The notes below the pieces were generated by a model. That model did not search any database, had not been told where the DNA came from, and worked only from the letters and a program-made list of their open reading frames with translations. 47,825 bases of DNA from assembly GCA_964581735.1 (NCBI GenBank), contig CAZOQK010000001.1, positions 1 through 47,825 of the forward strand, written 5' to 3'. The position numbers and the translations under genes are program-made. Shown here piece after piece: positions 38,861 through 47,825 of the stretch. Every line of letters starts with the position of its first letter. Within the stretch, counting starts at the first letter, position 1. Source of the DNA: an uncultured Halobacteriales archaeon (GTDB taxonomy: Archaea > Halobacteriota > Halobacteria > Halobacteriales > Haloarculaceae).

Positions 38861-39496
38861 CTACGAGTCGCTCCCCGGAAGTTCGCTCGCATAATCGATA
38901 TCACGACGCACACCGGGGTCCCCAGTCTCAACCAGCGTGGTTCCGGGCGCGGATTGCAGCACCGGCCGACCACCGGTGTCACCGGTTTGTGCCGCCAACT
39001 GGTCGAAATACTGTGTCCCAAAGAGCACGGGATTCCCTCGTCGCCCGTCATGCGCAGCGACGAGCGGGTCGCCCACACCGGCCGCGAATGCTTCGCGTAG
39101 CAACGCCACCGTGGCTGCATCCACCGCTGGCATGTCACCCAGCGCGAACAGTGCCCCGTCCGCAGCGGACCGAACCTGGCCGACACCGCAGGCCAGCGAT
39201 GTCGCCTGTCCGTCGGCATAATCCGTGTTTTCGACGCATTCGACCGGATAGTCAGCAAGGGCATCGCGGACTGCATCGGCGTCGTTCCCCACGACGACCA
39301 TGACCCGCGAAAGGACAGCACAGACCGGGGCGACGGCGTGACAGACGAGTGGGGTACCGTCGACTTGTGCGAGCAACTTGTTCCGGGCACCGAACCGCGT
39401 GCTCTGGCCCGCCGCAAGGACGACACCGTCGACTACGGGCGTGGTGTCCGCGGCCGAGAACGGCGGTTCAGCGACCGGGTACGTGCGTGGGGTCAC
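38861..39496 (-). CDS. mocA: Molybdenum cofactor cytidylyltransferase-like NTP transferase
   Basis: LAAGQSTRFG..NKLL, LGDMP, GNPVLF, GDTGGR, DID; overlaps the xdhC stop. Confidence 0.85.
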   Translation of the reverse strand: MTPRTYPVAEPPFSAADTTPVVDGVVLAAGQSTRFGARNKLLAQVDGTPLVCHAVAPVCAVLSRVMVVVGNDADAVRDALADYPVECVENTDYADGQATSLACGVGQVRSAADGALFALGDMPAVDAATVALLREAFAAGVGDPLVAAHDGRRGNPVLFGTQYFDQLAAQTGDTGGRPVLQSAPGTTLVETGDPGVRRDIDYASELPGSDS

Positions 39497-40641
39497 GCCT
39501 GTTCGGCCCCAGAACGCTCGTGAATTGCACCCTCGCGCTCCCGGTGGTGGGCCGGGTTGTGTCCGTTGTGCACCGTGAGCACCTCGCTGACGATACTCAT
39601 CGCAATCTGATACGGTGCGCCCCCGCCGAGGTTGAGACCGATCGGCGCGTAGATACGCTGCCGGTCTGTCTGTGTCAGCTCCCGGCCATCCGCCGCGAGT
39701 GCTGTCTCTATCTCCGCGAACCGGTCCGCCGGTCCCATCACGCCGATGTAGGGCACCGGCGTCTCCAGAAGTGCCTCGACGGCCAACCGGTCGTCGATGA
39801 GGTTATGACTCATCACGACCGCGTAGGTCGTTTCGTCGAGTGAGAGTTTGGTTCCAGCCTGTGGCGCCGACAGTGAGATGACGCTGTCTGCATCGGGAAA
39901 CGACCCGGCCTCGGCGTGGCCGCCACGGAACGAGACGACGGTTACCTGGAAGCCAGCCCGCGTCGCGAATTCAGTTACTGGACCGACGTCGGACCCACTG
40001 CCGAAAACATACAGTGCTGGCGGGGCCACGACCGCATCAAGGAATACCCGGCACTCGCCGCCATCCGGGGCAGTGACAGTGACGATTTCCGACTGTCCGT
40101 GCGCGAAACAGTCCCGAACCTGATCGCGAACGCCCCGTTGCAGCCACGCGGGCAACCCCACCGGCTCGGAGAGGTCCCCGGCCGTAGTGTACGCCCGGTC
40201 GCCCACTGAGACGGGTTCGGCATCGCTCTCGACGACGCTCAGAGCGACGCCGTCATTGCCGCCGTGATAGCCTTCGACCATCGACTCGAACCGCTTGTCG
40301 AGTGGCTCCACCAGGAGGTCGATGACGCCGTTACAGCCGAGTCCGAGTCCCCACTCGTCGTCGTCAGTGAGGTCGAACCGTGTGAGTCGCGCCTCGCCGG
40401 AGGCCCGTACCTCGTCGGCGATGTCGGCCACGTCGGACTCCAGGCAGCCAGCGGTGACGCTCCCCGCAGCGGTGTCCGCGGTGAGAAACATCTTCGCGCC
40501 CGGGCGCCGATACGCGCTGCCCTCGACAGCAACAACTGTCGCGACAGCCGCCGACTCCCCTGTCTCCAGCGCACTGGCAAGACGCTCGAAGATTGCCGTT
40601 TCCGGGACGTTCCAGCCCCGGCCCTGTGAGGGGGCGCTCAT
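39493..40641 (-). CDS. xdhC: XdhC/CoxF molybdoenzyme maturation factor
   Basis: GSAYRRPGAKM, GCLE, GLGCNG, YIGVMG, APIGL...IAMSIVSE. Confidence 0.92.
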   Translation of the reverse strand: MSAPSQGRGWNVPETAIFERLASALETGESAAVATVVAVEGSAYRRPGAKMFLTADTAAGSVTAGCLESDVADIADEVRASGEARLTRFDLTDDDEWGLGLGCNGVIDLLVEPLDKRFESMVEGYHGGNDGVALSVVESDAEPVSVGDRAYTTAGDLSEPVGLPAWLQRGVRDQVRDCFAHGQSEIVTVTAPDGGECRVFLDAVVAPPALYVFGSGSDVGPVTEFATRAGFQVTVVSFRGGHAEAGSFPDADSVISLSAPQAGTKLSLDETTYAVVMSHNLIDDRLAVEALLETPVPYIGVMGPADRFAEIETALAADGRELTQTDRQRIYAPIGLNLGGGAPYQIAMSIVSEVLTVHNGHNPAHHREREGAIHERSGAEQA

Positions 40642-40937
40642 CGGTACACCGTCCTTGACGTGATGGTCGCTGGTCCCAACAGTTCGGCTGTGATATAACG
40701 GCTGTTTTCCCGTCGACGACCGCGCGGGGTTCTGCTGTGAGTGCCTCGGGGCCTGTCACGGGTCGGTTGAGCATCGGCGTCACGACTGTCGTGGCGGGGC
40801 GCCTGGGGAGTGCATCGTCCGGCCGCTCGGTTCTCGGCGGATAGCCCCAGACTGTAGTGAAGTACTGTGCTGCGCGGGCCACTCATAGTTTATAATCATT
40901 GCCCGATTCAAAAAGTCTCCCGGTTCTCAATACCCTT

Positions 40938-41318
40938 TCACTGGTCCAGAGCACCGATCATGACGAGCTCGATCGTCGCGTCTGCTGGCAGTGCCTCGAC
41001 TTCGATGACATCCCGCGCCGGGTACGCCCCGTCGAAGTACTCCGCGTAGGCAGCGTCCATCTCCTCGAAGTCCCCCACGTCGGTGAAGTAGGCTGTCGTT
41101 TTGACGACATCATCGAAGGTAAGATCAGCCTCGGCCAAGATGGCCGCGAGGTTCTCCATAATCCGGTGCGTCTTTGCTGTCACCGACCCCTTAACGAGGT
41201 CACCGGATGGCGTCATCGGGACCTGCCCGGCGGTGAACAGAAAGCCGTTGGCTGCAACGCCGTGTGAGTACGCCTGTTCCTCCGGTGGTGCATCCGGGCT
41301 CGAATGTGCTTGAACCAT
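40938..41318 (-). CDS. ridA: Rid (YjgF/YER057c/UK114) imine deaminase (alternative starts 41327/41330)
   Basis: YSHGV, TAGQVP, VVKTT, YPAR (catalytic Arg), IEL. Confidence 0.85.
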   Translation of the reverse strand: MVQAHSSPDAPPEEQAYSHGVAANGFLFTAGQVPMTPSGDLVKGSVTAKTHRIMENLAAILAEADLTFDDVVKTTAYFTDVGDFEEMDAAYAEYFDGAYPARDVIEVEALPADATIELVMIGALDQ

Positions 41319-41434
41319 CACCTGCATCATCAGGTAGGCAGAACAAAAGCGTTCTGCTGGGACCGCCGACTACTACCACCTCGATATGAACAAGTGTCTG
41401 GCTTCGGGCCCTCAAAGCGGATGACCAACCGGTC

Positions 41435-41662
41435 TCACCGGGCCGACGAGGACACGGCGGACTCAGCCCCGAGCGTAAAAACTGGCTGTTCGGTCGTGAC
41501 ATCGGCCGTCCGCGCTGCCGCGTCCTCAATGCTCTTGACGACAGCCGTGGCCTCCGAACCCGCCGCCGAGGGGTCTTCTCTAATCCGCCTGAGTTCGCCC
41601 GTGGTTGCATCGATGTGGCCGAGCGCAGTCCGAAACTCTTCGACAGCGTGGGTGAAAAATCG
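41435..41662 (-). pseudogene. Start-less helical gene fragment, possibly an MCP remnant
   Basis: 75 open codons after a TGA with no start: AVEEFRTALGHIDATTGELRRIRE..AVVKSIEDAAARTADVTTEQ. Confidence 0.3.
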
Positions 41663-41794
41663 TCACCTGTTCGTGGCAGTAAAAACGGACAAACGCTATT
41701 TAAATCCAACTTTTGGCCGCTTAGCCAGATAAACGTCTTTAGAACGCATATAGAATTGGAGCGGAATGGTTCGATCAGGCCGCCGGCGAGAACC

Positions 41795-44221
41795 TTAGAG
41801 TTCGCGGACCCCAGCCTCGACGAGTTCGGGGAGGACCCGCTGTGCGGTCAGTGGCAGTTCGGGGAACCGAACGCCGGTGGCGTCCGCGACAGCATTCGCG
41901 ACGGCGGCGCCGGTGGGGACGAGTGGGCACTCGCCGACACCCTTCTGTCCGTGTGATGTGGTGGGATCGGGGTTTTCGAGTTCCTCGATGTTCGTGACCA
42001 TCGGAACGTCGAGCGCCGATGGCAGGTGGTAGTCCGCCATCGAACCGTTCTCGAGATTCCCGTCGTTGTCGTACCGGTACTCTTCGTACAGCGCCTCGCC
42101 GAGACCCTGAACGATGGCGCCCTGGACCTGGCCCTCGATCAGCTTGGGGTTGATCGCGTTCCCGATATCCTCACAGATTGCCACGTCGACGACATCGATG
42201 TCACCGGTGCGAGGGTCGACATCGACGAGGACCGCCAGTGCGCCGAGAGTATAACTGTGTGCAACGTTGCCACGGCCCGTATCGGGGTCGACGAACTCGA
42301 CCTCCTGGCTCTGGTATTTGCCACGGCCCACAAGGGAGATACCCCCACGGAGTGACTCGGGGCGGTCCTCCTCCGACCCAAGCGTTTCCGGGTTGCCCAG
42401 CATGGCGACGTTTGCAAGTTCCTCGATGCTCATGCCGTTCTCGGGGTCCGTCCGGTCGTAGGCCTGTCCGGCATCAAGTTCGATAACCCCCGGGTCGGTA
42501 TCAAGCATGTGGGCAGCGACGGCCTTCAGTGTCTCCGCGAGGTCTTCGGCGGCCCGTGCGGCGGCGCTCCCGCCGATAATCGTCCCCCTGTCCGCCCAGA
42601 CCCCAAGTCCTTCCGGCGTCGCGTCCGTGTCCCCACGGACGGCCCCAACGTTGCCCAGCGACACGCCGAGCGTATCCGCAACGAGTTGGTTGATACCGGT
42701 TTCAGTTCCCTGGCCGATGCTGGCGACGGCCGTCAGTACCGTCACGTCGCCTTGTCGGTTCATCTTCACGACTGCTTCATCGAAGTCCCCGCCGGAGGCG
42801 CTCTTGTTGCCACCGCGTTTCATTATCGTCCCCATGCCGACACCGCGGAGTTTCCCGCTACGGGTCTCTGTCCCGCCACGGTGTTCGTCCCAGTTTATCA
42901 TCTCACGGGTCCGCTCTAAGCAGGTGACCATATCGGCGTTGCGCCAGATGTGGCCCGCCGCCGACCGCATCGGCATCTCCTCCTGTCGCGGGGCATTCTT
43001 TATGCGAATTTCCACTGGGTCCATGTCCAGTTCCGCCGCCGCCATCTCGACGAGCTGTTCGCGCATGAACGTCACCTGTGGGTCGCCAAAGCCACGAACC
43101 GCCGTTGTCGGCATGAGATTCGTGTACACGACCGAGGCGTCCCAGTTCTGGTTCGGAATCTTATACGGGCCCTGCCCGCAGTTCGTCGAAGAGTAGGCCA
43201 CTGCCACGCCGTACGCGGCACAGGCCCCGGTGTCCTGTTGCAGGTCGACATCGATACCGACGATGTCCCCGTCCTCGGTTACACCGAGGCGGCCGTGTAT
43301 CCGCTCGGAGGCGCGCCCGCGGCCAGCTTGGAACTCCTCGCTCCGGTCGAGGACGTGTTTCACCGGGCGTTCCGTCTCCATCGAGAGCAGCGCAGAACAG
43401 ATTTCGAACGGGTACGGGTCGAGTTTGATGCCGAACCCGCCACCGACATCGGGGAGTTTGCAGACGATATCGCGCTGTTCGAGCCCCTCGATAACCTGTG
43501 AAAGTTCGACTGACAGCAGGTGTGGCATCTGCGTCGAGGAGGTAAGTTCGAGTTTGTCGCTCCCCGGGTTGTAGTCGGCGATACAGCCGTGTGATTCAAG
43601 CGGCGCGGGCGTGGTCCTGTTAGTTTCGAACGTCTCTTCGACGACGATGTCGGCGTCGGCCATCGGGTCCTCGTGGTTGCCGGTGATGACCTTCCCGGTC
43701 CACGCGACGTTGCCCTCCGTGTCGTTGTCGGGGTCTGCATCGAGCGACGGGTGGACGACAGGAGCATCAGCCCCGAGGGCGTCGTCCAGTGAGGTGACTG
43801 CTTCGTCCGGACTGTAGCTCACATCCACTTTATCGGCGGCCGCGCGCGCACCATCTTTCGAATCCGCAAGGACGACAGCGATTTCCTGGCCCTGATATAT
43901 GACTCGCTGGTCTGCAAGCACCACCTCGTCGTCGAGCATGTACCCGAACGGCTCGTCGATCTGGTCAGCGATGTCGTCGTGGGTCCAAGCCAGTTCGACA
44001 CCGGGGTGTGCCTCGGCCTCACTCGTGTCGATGGCGTCCAGGGTTGCGCTTGCGTGCTCGCTACGGACGAAACACGCATAGAGCATGTCGCTCGTCTCGA
44101 TGTCGTCGACGTACTCGCCGTGACCGGTGACAAAACGCCTGCCATCGTAACTGTTGACGCGTTCGCCGACCCACTCGTCGTCGCTCTCCGACTCACTCCC
44201 GAGTTGCTGTTGTTTGCTCAC
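41795..44221 (-). CDS. Xanthine dehydrogenase family molybdopterin-binding large subunit
   Basis: TGHGEYVDD, VGGGFG, AVRGFG, IGQG, NPKLIEGQVQG, KGVGE; GTG start 44221 after GGTGG. Confidence 0.92.
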   Translation of the reverse strand: MSKQQQLGSESESDDEWVGERVNSYDGRRFVTGHGEYVDDIETSDMLYACFVRSEHASATLDAIDTSEAEAHPGVELAWTHDDIADQIDEPFGYMLDDEVVLADQRVIYQGQEIAVVLADSKDGARAAADKVDVSYSPDEAVTSLDDALGADAPVVHPSLDADPDNDTEGNVAWTGKVITGNHEDPMADADIVVEETFETNRTTPAPLESHGCIADYNPGSDKLELTSSTQMPHLLSVELSQVIEGLEQRDIVCKLPDVGGGFGIKLDPYPFEICSALLSMETERPVKHVLDRSEEFQAGRGRASERIHGRLGVTEDGDIVGIDVDLQQDTGACAAYGVAVAYSSTNCGQGPYKIPNQNWDASVVYTNLMPTTAVRGFGDPQVTFMREQLVEMAAAELDMDPVEIRIKNAPRQEEMPMRSAAGHIWRNADMVTCLERTREMINWDEHRGGTETRSGKLRGVGMGTIMKRGGNKSASGGDFDEAVVKMNRQGDVTVLTAVASIGQGTETGINQLVADTLGVSLGNVGAVRGDTDATPEGLGVWADRGTIIGGSAAARAAEDLAETLKAVAAHMLDTDPGVIELDAGQAYDRTDPENGMSIEELANVAMLGNPETLGSEEDRPESLRGGISLVGRGKYQSQEVEFVDPDTGRGNVAHSYTLGALAVLVDVDPRTGDIDVVDVAICEDIGNAINPKLIEGQVQGAIVQGLGEALYEEYRYDNDGNLENGSMADYHLPSALDVPMVTNIEELENPDPTTSHGQKGVGECPLVPTGAAVANAVADATGVRFPELPLTAQRVLPELVEAGVREL

Positions 44222-44433
44222 GGGACCACCCCGGGCTGGACTGTCGGGGCAGTGCAACGCAGTCTCGGCTGGTTGGCTCGCATACTCGGTGTACCGTACT
44301 GGCTGGATATAATTGTTCTGTATGCCGTGCTGTTCGGCCGGTAATATGGATGACTGCGCGGGGAACCGGAGTCGTTAGGACCAATCTGGGGATAACAGAA
44401 GGATTTATTGGTCGTTTGGGCGCACATTCACCT

Positions 44434-45981
44434 GTGACGCATTTACCGCCGAATCTCAGGCCACCGACGAGTGAGGATATCCGCGGCATCGCCAGACAGT
44501 ACCACATGGACTTGAGCGATCAAGAGGTCGAGGACTTCAAAGATCTCGCGTCGGAGAAGATGGCCTACTGCTATCGTATCGATGAACTTTCCGACCGGAG
44601 CCTGAGTCGTCCGGAAGCACGGCGAGACCCCGGCTACCGCGCGACCCGAGAGGAAGACCCGAAAAACGCCATCGTCACACTCTGCAACGTCGAGTCGGAT
44701 GAGAGTGGACTGCTCGACGGGTACGAGGTCGGCATCAAGGACAATGTGGCGGTCGCGGGCGTGGAGATGACCGGTGGGTCGCCGGTACTTGCCGGCTACC
44801 ATCCAGCAAACGACGCGGCCGTCGTCGAACAGGTGTTGCGGGAAGGCGGGCGGATTACAGCAAAAACGAACATGAGCGAGATGGCCGTCTCCGGTAGCGG
44901 TGAAATGTCCGGGTTCGGCCCCGTGCTCAACCCAGTCGACGACCGGTATCTCGCCGGGGGGTCCTCCAGTGGCTCAGCGGTGGCCGTGGCGACGGACATG
45001 GTTGATATCGCAATCGGGACAGACCAAGCCGGTTCGCTTCGGACCCCCGCTTCCTGGAGCGGGTGTGTCGGGTTCAAACCCACACATGGACTCGTCTCCT
45101 TCCGGGGAGTGATGCCTCTCGGGCACTCTTTCGACCACGTTGGCCCGATGGCCCAGACCGTTCCCGACACGGCGAGAGCGCTCCAGGCGATCGCCGGTGA
45201 GGACCCCAAAGACCCACGTCAGAGTCGGCCCGAAGTCGGCGACTATCTGGGTGCACTTGACGCGGACATCGAGGGACTACAGATCGGTGTTGTCAGGGAA
45301 GCCTTCGAGTTCGACGGGGGCGAGGGCGCAGTCAACGAGGGCGTCAGGGACGCAATAGCGGAACTAGAACGCTTGGGGGCCACAGCAGAGGAAATCTCGA
45401 TTCCGTGGCACGTCGACGGTTTCTTCGTGTGGCTGGCGGTCGAAAACGAGGAGTCCGCCGCGATGTGGGACGCAGACGGCACGGGCTATTTCGTCGACGG
45501 TCACTACGACACCGACCTCGCCGCAGCGTTCGGGAAAGCCAGACGCGCACAGGCCGACGAGTTCGCGCCGACGGCGAAACTCAAGTGTATCCTGGGCCAG
45601 TACCTCAAACAGGAGTACTACGGGCGCTACCACGGCAAAGCCTCGAACCTCCGGCCGGAACTCAAAGCTGCCTACGACGACCAGCTAGAAACCTACGACA
45701 TTCTGGCCATGCCGACGACACCGATGACGGCCTTCGAGATGGAGGAGGATATCGGCCGGAAGGAGGCCGTCAACCGCGCACAGGGCAAACAGGGGCGGAC
45801 GCGCAACACCATGCCGTTCGACATGACGGGCCATCCCGCGCTCTCGCTCCCGTGTGGCACAAACGAGACCGGCCTCCCGATCGGGTTGATGCTCGTCGGT
45901 GACCACTTCGACGAGGAAACAGTCATTTCCGTCGCCGATGCGTTCGAACGGGCGACCGAGTGGACCGACCGCCAGTACTGA
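44434..45981 (+). CDS. Amidase signature family enzyme
   Basis: IKDN, GGSSSGS, GTDQAGSLRTPASWSG; GTG 44434 lies about 25 nt after TTTATT, so probably leaderless. Confidence 0.9.
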   Translation: MTHLPPNLRPPTSEDIRGIARQYHMDLSDQEVEDFKDLASEKMAYCYRIDELSDRSLSRPEARRDPGYRATREEDPKNAIVTLCNVESDESGLLDGYEVGIKDNVAVAGVEMTGGSPVLAGYHPANDAAVVEQVLREGGRITAKTNMSEMAVSGSGEMSGFGPVLNPVDDRYLAGGSSSGSAVAVATDMVDIAIGTDQAGSLRTPASWSGCVGFKPTHGLVSFRGVMPLGHSFDHVGPMAQTVPDTARALQAIAGEDPKDPRQSRPEVGDYLGALDADIEGLQIGVVREAFEFDGGEGAVNEGVRDAIAELERLGATAEEISIPWHVDGFFVWLAVENEESAAMWDADGTGYFVDGHYDTDLAAAFGKARRAQADEFAPTAKLKCILGQYLKQEYYGRYHGKASNLRPELKAAYDDQLETYDILAMPTTPMTAFEMEEDIGRKEAVNRAQGKQGRTRNTMPFDMTGHPALSLPCGTNETGLPIGLMLVGDHFDEETVISVADAFERATEWTDRQY

Positions 45982-46047
45982 GCGGACCGCAACTCGATAC
46001 TAGATTGCTGGTACATTTTTATCAGTACCTTCCGAAACAGTGGACGA

Positions 46048-47058
46048 ATGACGACAGAAAACCAGACGCCGTTTCTGGATGCTGGCGTAGCATCGTTCAT
46101 GAACGCGACACAGGTATCCCCGTCGGACCTCGAGACGCTTAGGACGGCCGACGTTGATGTCGGCGTGGTCGGGTTCCCGTTCGACGGGACCTGTATCAGT
46201 CGAACGGGGGCGAATATGGGCCCACGCGCCATCAGAGCGGCCAGCACCCAGACACGCCATTACCACTTCGAATACGACACAGATCTTCAGGACCACTACA
46301 CGATGGCCGATTGCGGGGATGTGCCGGTCGTTCCCGGGAACGTCGCTGCGAGTCTCGACCGCGGTGCGGACCTCCTCGAAACCGTCTTGGGGGCAGGCGC
46401 GATGCCGGTGATGCTGGGTGGTGACCACGTCACGACAGTGTCCGGTGTCAGGGCACTCGGTGCTCACGCAGACGACCCGGGGCTGGTGCTCGTCGACACG
46501 CACTTGGACACGGCGGACGAGGTTGCGGGCGAGCGGTACAACCACTGCTGTCCCATCGCCAGAGCCGTCGACGAGGGCGGTTTCGACCCCGAAAAGATCA
46601 GTATCATCGGGCTGAGCGCGCCCACGAACCCCCGTGAGGAACTCGAAGTCGCCCTCGAACGGGGGATGAATCTCTACTCGCTCGACGAAGTGGCCCGTCG
46701 CGGTGCCGCGACGGTCGCACGGGAGGCGACGGCACGTGCAAACGACGGGAGCGACGCCGTCTATCTCACGCTCGACATCGACGTGCTGGATGCCGGATCC
46801 GCACCGGGCACTGGGGTGCCAACCAACGGCGGCCTGTACACACGTGAACTGCTCCAGATACTGGGCGTCGTCGCCAGCGAAGGTGTCGATGCGGTTGATG
46901 TCGTCGAGACATCGCCACAACTTGACCCCGCGGGGGTGACCGCGCGGATGGCCGTGCGCTCACTCGTCGATATCCTCGCCGCGAACGCACTCGGTGAGGC
47001 CCACGGTATCGGGATGGGGACCGCCGCTGCCGAGAACTGCCGCGAGTCACGGGACTAA
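46048..47058 (+). CDS. Ureohydrolase (agmatinase/guanidino-acid hydrolase family)
   Basis: GPRAIR, GGDH, DTHLD, DIDVLD, APGTG, DVVE metal-binding motifs. Confidence 0.92.
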   Translation: MTTENQTPFLDAGVASFMNATQVSPSDLETLRTADVDVGVVGFPFDGTCISRTGANMGPRAIRAASTQTRHYHFEYDTDLQDHYTMADCGDVPVVPGNVAASLDRGADLLETVLGAGAMPVMLGGDHVTTVSGVRALGAHADDPGLVLVDTHLDTADEVAGERYNHCCPIARAVDEGGFDPEKISIIGLSAPTNPREELEVALERGMNLYSLDEVARRGAATVAREATARANDGSDAVYLTLDIDVLDAGSAPGTGVPTNGGLYTRELLQILGVVASEGVDAVDVVETSPQLDPAGVTARMAVRSLVDILAANALGEAHGIGMGTAAAENCRESRD

Positions 47059-47079
47059 CGGGAGTACGGGGAACCGACG

Positions 47080-47556
47080 CTACAGGTCCTCTTCGGGACC
47101 GATGGGTGTCCGGAACCACTGGGAGAGCTCGCGCGTGCTACCAATGGTTGTCAGCGCACCGATGGTCGCTGGACCGAGTATCGACGCCCCCCGTCCGGAT
47201 TTGAGCAAGAGTCCGTTCCCTTCGCCGGCGTCGACGACGCCGAGTGTGATGGTGGCGTACTCGTTTGAGACGGCGAACGGGTCGGCCAGGTCCGGCAACG
47301 GGTTGTCGTAGGAACTGGCAGTGTCTCCGAGCACGACTTCGGGCGTGGCGACGAATTCGGCAAGACCACTGGCGTCCCCCTGCCAGGAGAGCGCTTCGAG
47401 CAACATGGCGTCAAGCCGGATCCGATCCGTGCCGCGTTCGACCAGCAGCAACTCACCCATCGAGACCAGTTTCGTCACGGTGACCGTCCGGTCGCCATCG
47501 GCGACTTCGACTGTCCGTGCCTCGGTTGCTTGGCTCGGGCTGTGTGGGTTGTTCAT
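47080..47556 (-). CDS. Hypothetical protein resembling the small accessory ORF of actinobacterial phthalate dioxygenase operons, internally duplicated
   Basis: IRLDAMLLEALSWQ and VSNEYATI motifs; TAATG coupling to the beta-subunit gene. Confidence 0.6.
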   Translation of the reverse strand: MNNPHSPSQATEARTVEVADGDRTVTVTKLVSMGELLLVERGTDRIRLDAMLLEALSWQGDASGLAEFVATPEVVLGDTASSYDNPLPDLADPFAVSNEYATITLGVVDAGEGNGLLLKSGRGASILGPATIGALTTIGSTRELSQWFRTPIGPEEDL

Positions 47557-47825
47557 TATAGGAGGACGATGGTGAGGTTCTTTACCTCGAGAACGCTGTC
47601 GTCGAAGTAGACCACGCGCGATGCGATCTTGAGGTCGTCACCGACCCGTCGCAGCGTTGTTTTCCGCTGTGCGGAGATGGTGTCCTTTTTTGCCGTGTTG
47701 CCGTAGCTCCGGTAGACCAACTGGTTGTTCCAGGCAACGTACTCGTCATCGCCAGCGTCGGTGACGCGGACGTTCCCGATGACGTGGCGGACCCGCGACC
47801 GGGGGTTCTCGGCCCACGCGTACTC
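47556..47825 (-). CDS. Aromatic ring-hydroxylating dioxygenase beta subunit, 5' part outside window; not in ORF track
   Basis: EYAWAENPRSRVRHVIGNVRV...YRS...ISAQRKTTLRR...LKIASRVVYFDDSVLEVKNLTIVLL*. Confidence 0.85.
   Translation of the reverse strand, partial: EYAWAENPRSRVRHVIGNVRVTDAGDDEYVAWNNQLVYRSYGNTAKKDTISAQRKTTLRRVGDDLKIASRVVYFDDSVLEVKNLTIVLL

Noticed and set aside
41795..44221. Aerobic CO dehydrogenase CoxL
   Set aside because: Lacks AYxCSFR (form I) and AYxGAGR (form II); has AVRGFG

Overview
GC-rich DNA encoding acidic proteins, with TATA-type promoters, Tat and PGF-CTERM signals. It comes from a halophilic archaeon (class Halobacteria, Haloarcula-like) and looks like an accessory region or secondary replicon. 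All family calls are from motif recognition; no searches were run. Three blocks are visible. (1) 1-26 kb: a catabolic cluster with a ThDP enzyme, SDR, VOC, GMC oxidoreductase, amidase, atypical M24 hydrolase, thioesterases, MFS, LLM oxidoreductase, PaaK/PaaI, a soluble PAS chemoreceptor, a Tat-exported PGF-CTERM-anchored penicillin-acylase-family enzyme, HD and EthD proteins, an aldehyde dehydrogenase, a Liv-type ABC importer, UspA and IclR with two operator-like palindromes. (2) 26.9-34.4 kb: GNAT, an rdfA-sph (SMC-like) pair, about 2.2 kb of AT-richer noncoding DNA with palindromes, an RHH-like gene coupled to a tyrosine recombinase behind a dif-like inverted repeat, and a probable decayed parA/partner relic. 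(3) 34.4-47.8 kb: a second catabolic set with a Ser/Thr dehydratase, D-amino acid oxidase-like enzyme, MocA, XdhC, RidA, an orphan molybdo-hydroxylase large subunit, amidase, ureohydrolase, and the end of a phthalate-dioxygenase-like ring-hydroxylating operon. Elements missing from the ORF track include a 58-aa gene, its amber-interrupted paralog, the dioxygenase beta subunit and a REP-like palindromic element. No rRNA, tRNA, CRISPR array or intact IS was seen.
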